From positions 196,726,001 through 196,790,000 of the forward strand of contig OZ024741.1 of the NCBI GenBank assembly GCA_964016885.1: 64,000 nucleotides of DNA, written 5' to 3'. Of this stretch, positions 63,691 through 64,000 are shown in pieces (positions within the stretch are counted from its first letter, which is position 1; the number at the start of each line of letters is the position of its first letter). Source of the stretch: Eledone cirrhosa. Lineage: Eukaryota. Below the pieces are notes generated by a model, which did no database searches, was not told the origin of the DNA, and saw nothing but the letters and a program-made list of their open reading frames with translations. The translations under genes and the position numbers were made by a program.

Positions 63691-64000
63691 GAAATGAAAG
63701 CCAGGGGGATGCAAATAATAAGGTAGATAACTTTATAATGCTTGTTGTTATTATTTGGCACAAAATCATTAACCCTTTTGATATCAAACCATCTGAAACT
63801 ACCCTTCTATAATAAAGTTTGTATAGAAACCTTCCATTGCTATTTTATGTAAGGACCTTGTTAAGTTATACTCTAAACACCAGTTTAATAATGTGGAAGT
63901 TAGTTATAACTAACTTTTAAATCCTTTCAAATTCTTCATTATTTTCCAAATATGGTAACAAAAAGGTTAAACATAACAAAAATAAATTAAAAAATAAATA

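Overview
AT-rich, repeat-dominated animal genomic DNA. The repeat content (RTE LINEs, tRNA-derived SINEs, long TA microsatellites) suggests a coleoid cephalopod, probably Octopus; this is inferred, not tested. The only clear host gene is the 5' half of an MSK1/2-type kinase (RPS6KA5-like) on the + strand. Seven GT-AG coding exons (40655-62620) encode the N-terminal kinase domain, a probable first coding exon lies at 32893-32977 in a CpG-richer promoter zone, and the gene runs off the window end. The rest is mostly decayed mobile DNA: at least two RTE families, two CRE-clade fragments, an internally deleted mariner, two hAT transposase relics, several MITE families, many SINEs (several with TSDs), minisatellites and microsatellites. 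No intact transposon ORF, CRISPR array, rRNA or true tRNA gene was seen. The best leads are a minimal type I hammerhead ribozyme in a ~310-bp partial tandem unit, inverted MITEs flanking an in-frame 195-nt exon pair, tandem monomer arrays in an RTE 5' UTR, and a 26-unit 48-bp array. None amounts to a demonstrated new system without further data.
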